This document shows, one piece after another, positions 40,036 to 49,648 of a stretch of DNA of 64,000 nucleotides. The notes below the pieces were generated by a model. The model was not told where the DNA came from. It made no database searches and worked only from the letters and a program-made list of their open reading frames with translations. Within the stretch, counting starts at the first letter, position 1. Every line of letters starts with the position of its first letter. The translations under genes were made by a program, and so were the position numbers. The DNA is from Candidatus Iainarchaeum sp. (GTDB lineage Archaea > Iainarchaeota > Iainarchaeia > Iainarchaeales > UBA10191), in NCBI GenBank assembly GCA_030649735.1, contig JAUSFL010000036.1:32001-96000 (forward strand). The letters are read 5' to 3'.

Positions 40036-40096
40036 TTCTTGAATTCGCAAATGCTTTTAAACTAGAAAAGCCTGCTTGATTTAGAAAGCACAATTT

Positions 40097-40438
40097 TTGA
40101 AAAAAGAAGGTGGAAAAATACCAGTAGCAAAAAAACAGAACACTTCAAAAGCCAAGCTGCAGGAAATCAAAAGCATGGACTTGATGTCTACTGCAAAATT
40201 CTATGCCGTACTTGGCGCAATAATAGGCGCGATTTACGGGCTAATATTCGGGGCAATTTTTGGAATTGCATTAGGCATTAAAGGCGGCGCCGCACTTGCG
40301 GGGCTTGGAATAATCGGCGGCTTGATTTTAGGAATTGTTTTTGGAATAATCGGCGGTTTTGTCAGCGGAGCAATATCTGCAGTACTGTACAACATTATTG
40401 CCAAAAGATTCGGCGGAATTAAGATTGAATTGAAGTGA
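40097..40438 (+). CDS. Small two-TM membrane protein (DUF3566-like)
   Basis: Gly/Ile-rich TM segments; YNIIAKRFGGIKIEL C-terminus. Confidence 0.7.
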   Translation: MKKEGGKIPVAKKQNTSKAKLQEIKSMDLMSTAKFYAVLGAIIGAIYGLIFGAIFGIALGIKGGAALAGLGIIGGLILGIVFGIIGGFVSGAISAVLYNIIAKRFGGIKIELK

Positions 40439-40566
40439 AAAAAGCCTTGCAAGCTTTTTTTGCAAAAAACCGCTGTTTCTTGAGTGTTTTAAGAAATCTT
40501 TAAATACTTAGTTTCTTTATTCACTAAAGGCAAGGCAATAATGCCTTTGCATTTGTGAGGGATTTT

Positions 40567-41217
40567 ATGGGTTTTTTTGACATTTTAACAAAGCCTGAAG
40601 AAACAATGAAAGCATTGGTTTCAAAGGCAAACTTAAATGACGCGTTAAAGACTTTTGCAATTTACGGCGCAATCATCGGTATTATTATTGGCGCAATATT
40701 ATGGACTATTGGCTTCGCTGCGGCATGGATTATTGGCACGATTCCTGGCGTAAATACGGGTGGGCTTGCAGTTTTTGTAGCATCTCTAGCATCCCTTGGC
40801 GTTTTGGCAATTATTATCTGCGCAATTCTTGGCGTAATACTTTCAGTAATAGGAAGCGCAATAATGTATGGAATAATCTGGCTTTGCGCAAAGCTTTTGG
40901 GAGGCACTGGAACTTTCACGCAAAACTATTACCTTGCTTCAAAGCTTGTTTGGCCAAGCCTAGTGGCCGGATTAATTGCCTACATTGTCGGATCAATCCT
41001 AATGATAGTGTTCATTGGATTCTTGATAATACTGGCATTTGAGCTCTACATGATTTTCGTCATTGTAGTACTGGTTTCAGTAGCCAACAAAATAAGCAAG
41101 CTAAGGGCATTGGCTGCAGTATTATTGCCAATAATCGTGGTTGGAATAATTGCAATAATCATTGCAATCATTGTTGCGTTGGCAGTTTCTTCCGCAGGCC
41201 CAACAGTTGTTTACTAA
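40567..41217 (+). CDS. Yip1-family membrane protein
   Basis: ILTKPEET start, AKLLGGTGTF, about five TM segments. Confidence 0.8.
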   Translation: MGFFDILTKPEETMKALVSKANLNDALKTFAIYGAIIGIIIGAILWTIGFAAAWIIGTIPGVNTGGLAVFVASLASLGVLAIIICAILGVILSVIGSAIMYGIIWLCAKLLGGTGTFTQNYYLASKLVWPSLVAGLIAYIVGSILMIVFIGFLIILAFELYMIFVIVVLVSVANKISKLRALAAVLLPIIVVGIIAIIIAIIVALAVSSAGPTVVY

Positions 41218-41225
41218 TTAGAAAT

Positions 41226-41258
41226 GCCCGAAATTTCGGGCTTTCTTTTTTCTTTTTT
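41226..41258 (+). terminator. Hairpin plus T-tract terminator-like element
   Basis: Perfect palindrome GCCCGAAATTTCGGGC followed by a long T-rich run right after the Yip1 stop. Confidence 0.6.
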
Positions 41259-41303
41259 AGGAAATTCAAATAAGTTTAAATATACAGGACTTTTCTTTAA
41301 TTC

Positions 41304-42254
41304 ATGGACATTGGAAAAACAGTAAACCAGACTTTTTCATGGCTTAATCTTAAATCATTGAAAATAATCCTGGTTTGGATTGTTTTCTCACTTGTTAGTT
41401 TTGGATTGCTTTTTAGCCTTGGCTTGAATTTTATAACCGAACTATTTGCTTTAATGACTCCGCAATCAATCAGTAACCCGCAGTTAATAATCCAAGTAAT
41501 CATTAACGCGGCAGTGCAAATATTTGCGTTAATCTTGGCTTTAGGAATAATTTCCATGCTCTTGAGCGCTTATACCATAAGTCATGCCTTGAAGTCTTTG
41601 GGAAGCAAGACAAGCAATTTTAGCATAATGAAAGTAATAAGGATAATTGCGGCAATACTTCTGATATTTTTGGGTCTTGGAATTGCTTTTCTAATTGGAA
41701 TTATATTGGTTTTAATTCTTGGGGCATTAGGGCTTTCAGCAATGCTTTTGGCAATAGTTATTACAATAATCCTCATATTTGCCAGTATTGCATTACTCTA
41801 CATACTTGTCAGGCTTACTGTTTTTGAGCAAGTTGTTATTGACTCTGAAGCAGGCGTGATTGAATCATTAAAAACAAGCTGGGATTTGACTAATGGAAAA
41901 TTCTGGCAAATCGTAGCAAACGCATTAGTTGCAGGAATTATTACATTAATTGCATTTTTTGTAATTTCAACAATTGTTCAAATTGCAACTCAACCAATGA
42001 TCAGCTCTGCACTTAGCCCAATAATTGATGAAAAAGTGGCACAAATAACTCCGCTGCTTGAAAGCCTTCCAAAAAACCCGTCTCTAGCAACTGGAACTTA
42101 CCCGGGCTATATAAAAACACAAGTTATCAACGGAATAAACGGGTATTTTGCAAACTCATTGGTTTCATTCTTTAGCATTTTGTGCTCTGCTTTCCTTTCA
42201 GCAAGCATTTACCTGCAGCTGAAAAGCGAAGCGCCAAAAAAAACCAAAGCCTAA
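41304..42254 (+). CDS. Multi-pass membrane protein (GDPD-membrane-domain-like)
   Basis: SLKTSWDLTNGKFW motif; multiple TM segments. Confidence 0.75.
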   Translation: MDIGKTVNQTFSWLNLKSLKIILVWIVFSLVSFGLLFSLGLNFITELFALMTPQSISNPQLIIQVIINAAVQIFALILALGIISMLLSAYTISHALKSLGSKTSNFSIMKVIRIIAAILLIFLGLGIAFLIGIILVLILGALGLSAMLLAIVITIILIFASIALLYILVRLTVFEQVVIDSEAGVIESLKTSWDLTNGKFWQIVANALVAGIITLIAFFVISTIVQIATQPMISSALSPIIDEKVAQITPLLESLPKNPSLATGTYPGYIKTQVINGINGYFANSLVSFFSILCSAFLSASIYLQLKSEAPKKTKA

Positions 42255-42313
42255 TTTTAGTTTTCCAAGCTTGAAACAATCCTTTTTTATCCATTACCAG
42301 CAACTTTTAGTTT

Positions 42314-43417
42314 ATGGCAAACTTTGTTTTGGGAAAAGTCAAGGGAATAAGCATTGAATTGCACCCAACATTCCTGCTGCTCATAATTGCAATTTTCGGT
42401 TTTTTGCTGGTTTTTGACGCAAAAAGCCTTGCTTCAACAATGCTTTTGCTTGCGTTCCTTTTCATTTCAGTCTTATTGCATGAGCTAAGCCATTCCCTAG
42501 TGGCATTAAGCAAGGGCTTCAAGATAAAATCAATCACTTTGCTTCCGATTGGCGGAGTCGCACAGGCTGAAGAACTGCCTGAAAAGCCAAAGGACGAATT
42601 ATTGATTGCAATTGCAGGGCCTTTCTTCAACTTTGCAATGGTTTTTGGAATTCTTGCAATAGGATACGCGTTAATTCCGCAGGCAAAACTGCTTCCATCA
42701 CTCGAGCTATTGCAAAATCCTGACAATCTTGGATTATTGATTGAAAAATTCCCGCTGTTCGCTTTGCTTTGGGTTAACTTGCTTTTGGGATCATTCAATC
42801 TTTTCGTGCCTGCATTGCCAATGGACGGCGGCAGAGTATTAAGGTCTTTACTGGCTTTCAGAATGCCTTTTGAGAAAGCAACAGGCATTGCAACAAAAAT
42901 AAGCAGTTTCATTGCTTTGATAATGGCAATTTTTGGAATTCTTTCCGGGGACTTTTGGCTGATTTTGATTGCCGCTTTTGTCTGGATTGGCGCAATGTCT
43001 GAAATGCAGTCAGTCAGCATCAAACAAACACTGCGGCCAGTGCATTTTGAAAAAATCATCAGCCAAAAGCCAAAGGCATTCTCTGGGCTTTTGAATTTGG
43101 AAGACGCTTTTGAAAAAATGCAGGAAAAAAACCAGGTTGAATCCTTGGTTGAGTTAGAGAAAGGATTTGGCTTTGTAAGCATTGAATTAATGTCAAGCGT
43201 CAAGCGCGCGAGCTGGTTTGAAACCAGGCTTTCAGACATTGCAGTGAAAATTCCCGCAGTCTTGGCAAGCACTCCGGCAGACAAGATTCTGCAGACAATG
43301 AACCAGTCTGGAATCCCATTCATTGAACTTGTGAAAAACCACGAGTTTGCGGGAATTGTCTCAGAAAAAGACCTCACAAAGCTTTACAGGCTTCAAAAAG
43401 CAGAGAACGCCCCATAA
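42314..43417 (+). CDS. Site-2 protease (M50) with CBS domains
   Basis: HELSH, IAIAGP, FNLFVPALPMDGGR. Confidence 0.92.
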   Translation: MANFVLGKVKGISIELHPTFLLLIIAIFGFLLVFDAKSLASTMLLLAFLFISVLLHELSHSLVALSKGFKIKSITLLPIGGVAQAEELPEKPKDELLIAIAGPFFNFAMVFGILAIGYALIPQAKLLPSLELLQNPDNLGLLIEKFPLFALLWVNLLLGSFNLFVPALPMDGGRVLRSLLAFRMPFEKATGIATKISSFIALIMAIFGILSGDFWLILIAAFVWIGAMSEMQSVSIKQTLRPVHFEKIISQKPKAFSGLLNLEDAFEKMQEKNQVESLVELEKGFGFVSIELMSSVKRASWFETRLSDIAVKIPAVLASTPADKILQTMNQSGIPFIELVKNHEFAGIVSEKDLTKLYRLQKAENAP

Positions 43418-43435
43418 TGCTTGAGGGTGCAAATT

Positions 43436-44689
43436 TTATTTTTTTTCAGTGCAATATTTCCCGCACATGGAACAGCCTTCAGAAATCTCGGGATTGCTCT
43501 TGCATTCTTCCTTCAATAATTTTCTAAAATTGACTGGATCCAAAGAATAATCAGCCATTGCTTCCCAATCAAGCCTTGAACGTGCTTCAGACATTAATTT
43601 ATCGCGTTGTTTGGATGATTGCCTTCCTTTCGCAATGTCTGCAATGTGGGCTGCAATTCTCATTACAATAACTCCATCCCTGACGTCTGAAACATCGGGC
43701 AAACTAATGTGCTCTTTTGGCGTGACATAACACAGGAAGTCTGCCCCATGCATTCCTGCCAAAGCCCCGCCAATCGCACAGGTCACATGATCATAACCCG
43801 CTGCAATGTCTGTCGGCAGCGGGCCCAAAACATAAAAAGGGGCATTTTTGCAAATTTCTTTTTCTAATCTAACATTTTTCTCTATTTCATTCAATGGAAT
43901 GTGCCCTGGGCCTTCAATCATTACCTGAACTTGTTTTTCCCTGCATCTTGCCGCAAGCTCTCCCAAAACTTTCAATTCATGCAGTTGTGCTTCATCAGTC
44001 GCATCTTCAATGCATCCTGGCCTTAAGCCATCGCCCAAACTTATTGTAACGTCATATTTTTTGGCTATCTTTAGAATTTCATCAAATCCTTCATACAAAA
44101 AAGATTGCTTGTTGTGCTTTCTCATCCAATTTACTAGAAAAGTCCCGCCCCTGCTTACTGTGGGCATTACTCTTTTTTCAAGCAGCGATATTGCTTCTTT
44201 GGTGACTCCAGCATGAACTGTTGCGAAATCAACTCCATCTCTTGCATGTTTTTCAAAAACTTCTAAATATTTGTCCAATGTTAAATTTTCTGGACCGCCA
44301 GCTTCGATAACTGCCTGGTAGATTGGGACAGTCCCTACTGGAACAGCAGATTTTTCCATTAACCTTTTTCTAATCTCGTCAACATTGCCGCCCAAGCTCA
44401 AATCCATTACTGTGTCAGCTCCAGCACTGATTGCAGCGCTTAATTTTTCTAATTCAGTTTCCAAATTTGACTTTATTGGAGAAGTTCCGATATTTGCATT
44501 AACCTTTGTTTTAAGCCCATAACCGATTCCAACAGGCTTTAGGTGTTTGTGATTGATATTTGCGGGAATAACAGCCAGCCCTTCAGCCACGCGCTTCCTT
44601 AAAAGATTGGCATCAATTTCTTCTTGTTCGGCAACATACTTCATTTCTTTTGTAATTTCATTATTTGCCGCTTTTTCCAATTGAGTCAT
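43436..44689 (-). CDS. thiC: Phosphomethylpyrimidine synthase ThiC
   Basis: TKVNANIGTS, SRGG, GDGLRPG, EGPGH, CYVTPKEH, CSMCGKYC. Confidence 0.92.
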   Translation of the reverse strand: MTQLEKAANNEITKEMKYVAEQEEIDANLLRKRVAEGLAVIPANINHKHLKPVGIGYGLKTKVNANIGTSPIKSNLETELEKLSAAISAGADTVMDLSLGGNVDEIRKRLMEKSAVPVGTVPIYQAVIEAGGPENLTLDKYLEVFEKHARDGVDFATVHAGVTKEAISLLEKRVMPTVSRGGTFLVNWMRKHNKQSFLYEGFDEILKIAKKYDVTISLGDGLRPGCIEDATDEAQLHELKVLGELAARCREKQVQVMIEGPGHIPLNEIEKNVRLEKEICKNAPFYVLGPLPTDIAAGYDHVTCAIGGALAGMHGADFLCYVTPKEHISLPDVSDVRDGVIVMRIAAHIADIAKGRQSSKQRDKLMSEARSRLDWEAMADYSLDPVNFRKLLKEECKSNPEISEGCSMCGKYCTEKK

Positions 44690-44732
44690 TCAACACACCA
44701 CCCACACATGCTATAAGCGTTGTCACCTAAAA

Positions 44733-45497
44733 CTATACATGCCTTATTTTACATTCAACGCACTTTTCAAGGTATTTGCCGCTTAATGTCTGGCTTTCTA
44801 TCTGTTCAGCATCCCAGCAATCATGAGAATCCATAAACAAGTGTTTTACAATCAATGGAAATCCAAACCTCGCCGCGATTTCGCGGCATTTCTGAATGTC
44901 TGGAACAGGACAGTCCCCGGAAATATCCCCAATCCTTCTTAATGGCATAAGGTCTTTTCTGGAAGTATCCACTACAGTTAATCTAATCTCGGGAAAATGC
45001 TTTCTTTTTTCCCTTTCCTCAGATAATGCCTGCAAAAAACCCATTAAAGTATTGAAAGCGCCAGGAATTCTTGGCTGGCAAATTTTCAAATATTTTTCCT
45101 CAGATTCGGCATTCAAGCTAATGCTTAATGAATCAATGCTTTCAAGAAAGGACAGGTTTTTATTGGATTTCCACCAGAGGCCTGAAGTGTCTGCCCTTAC
45201 AGGGACATTTTTTCCAAATAATCGCTTGCAGTGCTTTGCAATCTTGATTAGCTCGCGATAATGCAAAAATGGCTCTCCAATGCCGCAGATTACAACCTCT
45301 GAAATGTTTGCGCATTTATTCTTGATTGACTCCAAGCCATCCAAAATTGGCTTTTCTGAATACTCTTTTCCAAGCTCATATCCAAAGAATTTCCCGAATC
45401 GTTTCACGCAGAACCTGCAGTCATTCAGGCAGGCAGCCCCAAAATTCACGTAAACTGATCCGGGCTTGCATGGCAGGGTATAAACGTGCTGTTCCAT
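44733..45497 (-). CDS. Radical SAM protein (TatD-associated type), paralog of 37663-38361
   Basis: VYVNF..CLNDCRFC, CGIGEP, DTSG, ISLNA. Confidence 0.8.
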   Translation of the reverse strand: MEQHVYTLPCKPGSVYVNFGAACLNDCRFCVKRFGKFFGYELGKEYSEKPILDGLESIKNKCANISEVVICGIGEPFLHYRELIKIAKHCKRLFGKNVPVRADTSGLWWKSNKNLSFLESIDSLSISLNAESEEKYLKICQPRIPGAFNTLMGFLQALSEEREKRKHFPEIRLTVVDTSRKDLMPLRRIGDISGDCPVPDIQKCREIAARFGFPLIVKHLFMDSHDCWDAEQIESQTLSGKYLEKCVECKIRHV

Positions 45498-45623
45498 TTT
45501 ATTTTTACCAATATTATCTTCGGGCATAAGTAACATTCAGGCTGGAAAGTATTTATGGTTTATATCCCTCTAAGTGAGGTGCAATTGGAAAGAATTATAT
45601 GCTTATAACTCCTTTCTTTAGCC

Positions 45624-46370
45624 ATGAATGAGCAATTATTGGAAGAAATAGGGTTTACAAAGGGGGAAATAAAAGTGTATTTTGCTCTTTTGAGGCTTGG
45701 CGAAACCACTACAGGCAGGATAATTGAGAAAGCCCAGATTTCAAGCGGAAAAATTTATGAAATATTGGAAAAGCTCATGAAAAAAGGGTTGGTGAGCTGC
45801 ACAATCATGGAGAAAACAAAGTATTTCAGCGCCGCTTCCCCAAACAGGATATTGGATTACTTGCATGAAAAAGAGAAGAACCTCGAAGAAAAAAAGCGGG
45901 AAATCCTGAAAGAATTGCCATCACTGCTGGCAATCAGAAAAGCAATGAAAAAAGAGCATGAAACAAACCTGTTCAAGGGATTCAAAGGAATGCAAACAGC
46001 AATATTTGAAGCGTTGGAAGATTTGAGTGAAAAAGACGAGATTCTCGCCACTGGAATAATATCCCATAAAAAGGAAAAATACAATCTCTTATGGCAAAAA
46101 TGGCATAAGGAAAGAATAAGCAAAAAAATCATTTGCAGGGCAATCTTTTCCGACAAGTCCAGCAATTATTTTAAAGGATTCAATAAAATGAAATTCACAG
46201 AAGTCCGAGTATTGCGGGGAATCACGCCGTCAGCAATCGATGTAATGAATGATAAAGTCTTGATTTTCACGTATGGGGAAGAGCCATCCTGCCTCTCCAT
46301 TAAAAACCCAGAAATCGCGCAATCGTTCAAGACTTTCTTTGAAACAATGTGGAAAACAGCAAAAGAATGA
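45624..46370 (+). CDS. TrmB-family transcriptional regulator
   Basis: IGFTKGEIKVYFALL wHTH, KIYEILEKL, FETMW tail. Confidence 0.9.
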   Translation: MNEQLLEEIGFTKGEIKVYFALLRLGETTTGRIIEKAQISSGKIYEILEKLMKKGLVSCTIMEKTKYFSAASPNRILDYLHEKEKNLEEKKREILKELPSLLAIRKAMKKEHETNLFKGFKGMQTAIFEALEDLSEKDEILATGIISHKKEKYNLLWQKWHKERISKKIICRAIFSDKSSNYFKGFNKMKFTEVRVLRGITPSAIDVMNDKVLIFTYGEEPSCLSIKNPEIAQSFKTFFETMWKTAKE

Positions 46371-46415
46371 GTTTAAAACCAGTATAAAAACTAAAGCACG
46401 GAAAAAAAGACACTA

Positions 46416-46423
46416 TTTAAATA
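46416..46423 (+). promoter_or_regulatory. Putative archaeal TATA box for tRNA-Ser(CGA)
   Basis: TTTAAATA about 25-30 nt upstream of the tRNA, preceded by a purine-rich BRE-like run. Confidence 0.5.
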
Positions 46424-46447
46424 GAAAATTTTTAACAAAAGTATTAT

Positions 46448-46530
46448 GCGGGGATGGCAGAGTGGTCTAATGCAACAGTCTCGAAAACTGTGTCCGCAAG
46501 GACTCGTCGGTTCAAATCCGGCTCCCCGCG
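46448..46530 (+). tRNA. tRNA-Ser(CGA)
   Basis: GCGGGGA/TCCCCGC, ACAGT-CT-CGA-AA-ACTGT, variable arm GTCC-GCAA-GGAC, G73. Confidence 0.95.
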
Positions 46531-46583
46531 TGCCCGTCACGCCCAGGCAGCGTGCGCGAACGTCGAGCCATTTTCAATGGCTC
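46531..46583 (+). ncRNA. tRNA-trailer structured motif, copy 2 (after tRNA-Ser CGA)
   Basis: TGCC-CGT-CACGC-CCA-GGCA-GCGTG-CGCGA-ACGTC-GAGCCATT-TTC-AATGGCTC. Confidence 0.75.
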
Positions 46584-46590
46584 ATTAATT

Positions 46591-46971
46591 CTACTTTTTT
46601 TGCGCAGTGTCTTCCTTCATTATCATTTTAACAATCAAGAAGACAACTAAAGCGATTATTGCAAAGTCTATTACTGCGCCGACAAAATCGCCAATCAAGA
46701 ATTTCACAGGGCCTAACTGAAGTATTGAAGCTCTCCAGTCTCCGCCGGGAACCAGCACTGCAATTAATGGCATTATCAAATCAGTCACTATTGCGGTGAT
46801 AAGCTTTGTTGACGCCACGCCAATAACAAAAGCAACAGCAAGAGCCAAAACCTGGTATTTTTTCAAGAACTTCTTGAAATCTGAAATGAAACCTTTTCCC
46901 GCATTCCGGACTTTAAGCAATTCTTCAGCTTTCAGTTTTTCTCTCAATAGATTACTTCCTAATTTGGCCAA
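46591..46971 (-). CDS. mscL: Large-conductance mechanosensitive channel
   Basis: DFKKFL, LAVAFVIG, DLIMPLI, GDFVGAVIDF. Confidence 0.9.
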   Translation of the reverse strand: MAKLGSNLLREKLKAEELLKVRNAGKGFISDFKKFLKKYQVLALAVAFVIGVASTKLITAIVTDLIMPLIAVLVPGGDWRASILQLGPVKFLIGDFVGAVIDFAIIALVVFLIVKMIMKEDTAQKK

Positions 46972-47051
46972 TAAAACCAGCCCCTTGCAATTGAATGAAA
47001 CAGCCAGAGTTAAAAAAGCTTTTCACCAAAAAACCTACTTAGTGATGTAAA

Positions 47052-47498
47052 ATGAGTGACTGCCTTTTTTGCAAAATAGTGAAGGGAGAAATTCCAAGCG
47101 AGAAAATCTGGGAAGATTCAAAGCACTTGGCTATTTTGGACATTTTTCCAAACACCAAGGGAATGACTTTGGTTTTGACAAAAAAGCATTTTGACAGTTA
47201 CGCTTTCGACATGCCTGCAGAAGAAATGGCGGAATTTTTCAAGGCAGCGCAAAAAGTCGCGAAAATCCTTGACAAAAAGCTCAAAGTGCAAAGGACAGCG
47301 CTCGTAATGGAAGGACTGGGAATCAATCACGCGCACTTGAAGCTTTACCCAATTTACGGGCTTGATGAAAAATTCAAGGAAACATGGGCTTCAGAAAAAA
47401 GATTCTTCAGCCATTATGAAGGATACATTAGCACCCAGCTTGGCCCAAAGGCTGACGAAAAAAAGCTTAAAGCGCTTGCTGAACAGCTGAAAGAGTGA
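47052..47498 (+). CDS. HIT family nucleotide hydrolase
   Basis: CLFCKIVKGEIP, HAHLKLYP variant triad. Confidence 0.9.
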   Translation: MSDCLFCKIVKGEIPSEKIWEDSKHLAILDIFPNTKGMTLVLTKKHFDSYAFDMPAEEMAEFFKAAQKVAKILDKKLKVQRTALVMEGLGINHAHLKLYPIYGLDEKFKETWASEKRFFSHYEGYISTQLGPKADEKKLKALAEQLKE

Positions 47499-47509
47499 AA
47501 GTGAAAAGA

Positions 47510-47923
47510 ATGAAGCACGAATGCAGTTTTTGTAGGATTGTTGAAGGAAAAATCCCTTCTTTCAAGATTGCGGAAAACGAGCGAGCGCTTGCGTTCCTTG
47601 ACATTGCGCCAACAGCCAAGGGAACAGCGCTTGTAATTCCAAAATTCCACGCAAACGACATTTTTGGAGTCACTGAAAAAGACATTGAGGCTATTGGATT
47701 GCTTATTAAACAAGTTTCTGAAAAAATGAGAAAGAATTTAAACGCTAACGGAGTAAATATTCTGAACGCTTCAGGAAAGGCAGCACAGCAAAGCGTTTAC
47801 CACCTGCACTTTCACTTGATTCCAAGGTTTGAAAATGACGGCTTGAACGCGTGGCCTTTCAAGAAAACACTGAAGCTTTCACAGAAAGAATTCGAAAAAA
47901 TAGCGCAAAAATTGAAAGAGTGA
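47510..47923 (+). CDS. HIT family nucleotide hydrolase
   Basis: CSFCRIVEGKIP, HLHFHLIPR. Confidence 0.92.
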   Translation: MKHECSFCRIVEGKIPSFKIAENERALAFLDIAPTAKGTALVIPKFHANDIFGVTEKDIEAIGLLIKQVSEKMRKNLNANGVNILNASGKAAQQSVYHLHFHLIPRFENDGLNAWPFKKTLKLSQKEFEKIAQKLKE

Positions 47924-47928
47924 AAAAA

Positions 47929-48597
47929 ATGAGTGAAAATTTTGCAAGATTATTGCTTTACACAGACCAGGAAGTTTTTGCCGAAAAAAACTCTGGGAAA
48001 ATCAGGCTTTTGGAGACAGAATTCAATGACGAGGAAATTCCTGAAGAAGCCCTTGCAAAAAAAGCCCAAGAAGTTTGGGGCGTAAGGCCGGAAAACCTGA
48101 AATTATTGTGCGTTCTGCCAAAAGCAAACAGCGAATTTGTCCACTATTATGCCAGCAGGGACTGGAACGGAAGCTTTGAAAACTGCCAAGTTGAAGAAAT
48201 AGTCACTGTAGACTTCAAGGAAATGACGGAATTTGCAGAAAAAAATGACATTCTTGCAGCGCAAGTCCTGGAAAAAATCGTTTTAGGAAAAGACTTCAAA
48301 AAGCCTTCAACAATTGCTGCATCGCAAGCGCAAAGGCCAATTAACGACGACTTTGAAATCATCAGGCCAAAACAGCAAAAAACCGAAGCGCATGTTCCTG
48401 AAAGCACTTCAGACTTTGAAATAATCCGCGCAGTGCCTAAAGGAATGGGCCGCAAGCAGCAGGAATCAACGCGTGAAGGAATAGACTTTGAGTTTTTGAG
48501 CCGCGGCGGAAAAAAGACAGAGCCCGGCCAAAAATCAAATTTCTTGGAGCCCCCAACCAAAACCAAGAAAGTGCAAAAAAGCGTTTTCGCCCCGTAA
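47929..48597 (+). CDS. Hypothetical protein with disordered C-terminus
   Basis: Possible degenerate Nudix-like N-terminus; DFEIIR-like repeats. Confidence 0.6.
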   Translation: MSENFARLLLYTDQEVFAEKNSGKIRLLETEFNDEEIPEEALAKKAQEVWGVRPENLKLLCVLPKANSEFVHYYASRDWNGSFENCQVEEIVTVDFKEMTEFAEKNDILAAQVLEKIVLGKDFKKPSTIAASQAQRPINDDFEIIRPKQQKTEAHVPESTSDFEIIRAVPKGMGRKQQESTREGIDFEFLSRGGKKTEPGQKSNFLEPPTKTKKVQKSVFAP

Positions 48598-48623
48598 TTT
48601 TTAATTTTTATGAAGTGGTTTGG

Positions 48624-49637
48624 ATGATTATAGTTTTAGGCAAGGCCAGCGAAAAGCAAGTCCAGCAAATTCTTGACAAAATCAAGGAGAAAGGCTTCAA
48701 GCCGCACGTCATTCAAGGAAGCCAAAAAACAGTCATTGCAGTCATTGGAAACAATGCAGCCGCATTCATTGAAGAATTCAGGCAAATGCCAGGCGTTGAA
48801 AGCGTTGCGCAAGTCAGCGCCGCATTCAAGCTCGCGTCCAAAGAAACGCACCACGAAAAAACCAGCATTAAAGTCGGCAGCGAAGTTTTTGGGAAAGGAA
48901 ACATTGGAATTATTGCAGGGCCTTGCGGAGTAGAGTCTGAAGAGCAAACTTTAAACACTGCAAAAGCATTGCAGCCTTTAGGAGTGAAGTTTTTCCGCGC
49001 CAGCATTTTCAAGCCGCGCACTTCCCCTTACGACTTTCAAGGAATTGGGCTGAAAGGACTGGAAATTCTTGAAAAAGTCCGTTCACAGTATGGAATGGCA
49101 ATAGAAACTGAAGTAATGGACGTTCGGGATGTAAAGCCAGTCAGTGAAGTTGTAGACTGCCTGCGTATTGGCGCGCGCAACATGCAAAACTTTGACCTTT
49201 TAAAGGAAGTTGGAAGGCAGGAAAAGCCAGTAATCCTAAAGCGCGGCCTTAGCGCGACAATTAAAGAATGGCTAATGGCTGCAGAATACATCCTAAGCGA
49301 AGGCAACAATAAAGTCATTTTGTGCGAGCGCGGCATTCGAACTTTCGAAACTGAAGCCAGAAACACTGCAGACATTTCTGCAATTCCTTTAGTGCATTTA
49401 ATGAGCCACTTGCCAGTAATTTTCGACCCAAACCATTCAACAGGCCGCAAGGACTTGATTCTGCCTTTAAGCAAGGCAGCAATTGCGGCAGGAGCCGACG
49501 GATTGCTTGTTGAAGTGCACGAGCATCCAGAAAAAGCTCTTTCTGATGCAAAGCAGCAATTCACTCCAAAAGAATTCGCGCAGTTTTTGCAGGAAATTCG
49601 CCCAATAGCAAAGGCAGTTGGAAAAACAATAATTTGA
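48624..49637 (+). CDS. aroF: 3-deoxy-7-phosphoheptulonate (DAHP) synthase, type I-beta with ferredoxin-like regulatory domain
   Basis: IAGPC, KPRTSPYDFQG, IGARNMQNF, LCERGIRTFE, EVH. Confidence 0.93.
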   Translation: MIIVLGKASEKQVQQILDKIKEKGFKPHVIQGSQKTVIAVIGNNAAAFIEEFRQMPGVESVAQVSAAFKLASKETHHEKTSIKVGSEVFGKGNIGIIAGPCGVESEEQTLNTAKALQPLGVKFFRASIFKPRTSPYDFQGIGLKGLEILEKVRSQYGMAIETEVMDVRDVKPVSEVVDCLRIGARNMQNFDLLKEVGRQEKPVILKRGLSATIKEWLMAAEYILSEGNNKVILCERGIRTFETEARNTADISAIPLVHLMSHLPVIFDPNHSTGRKDLILPLSKAAIAAGADGLLVEVHEHPEKALSDAKQQFTPKEFAQFLQEIRPIAKAVGKTII

Positions 49638-49648
49638 AGGAAACTGCA

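Noticed and set aside
44690-45623. TPP riboswitch upstream of thiC or the radical SAM gene
   Set aside because: No CUGAGA/ACCUG consensus in either intergenic region; only a weak CCTC-N5-GAGG palindrome
43436-46530. thiC region as an island integrated at tRNA-Ser(CGA)
   Set aside because: It lies on the 5' side of the tRNA, and I found no duplicated tRNA fragment or integrase
46531-46583. Theta/HDV-like ribozyme assignment
   Set aside because: Helix order differs (no P3 hairpin closing before the P1 3' strand), and the first stem is only 4 bp
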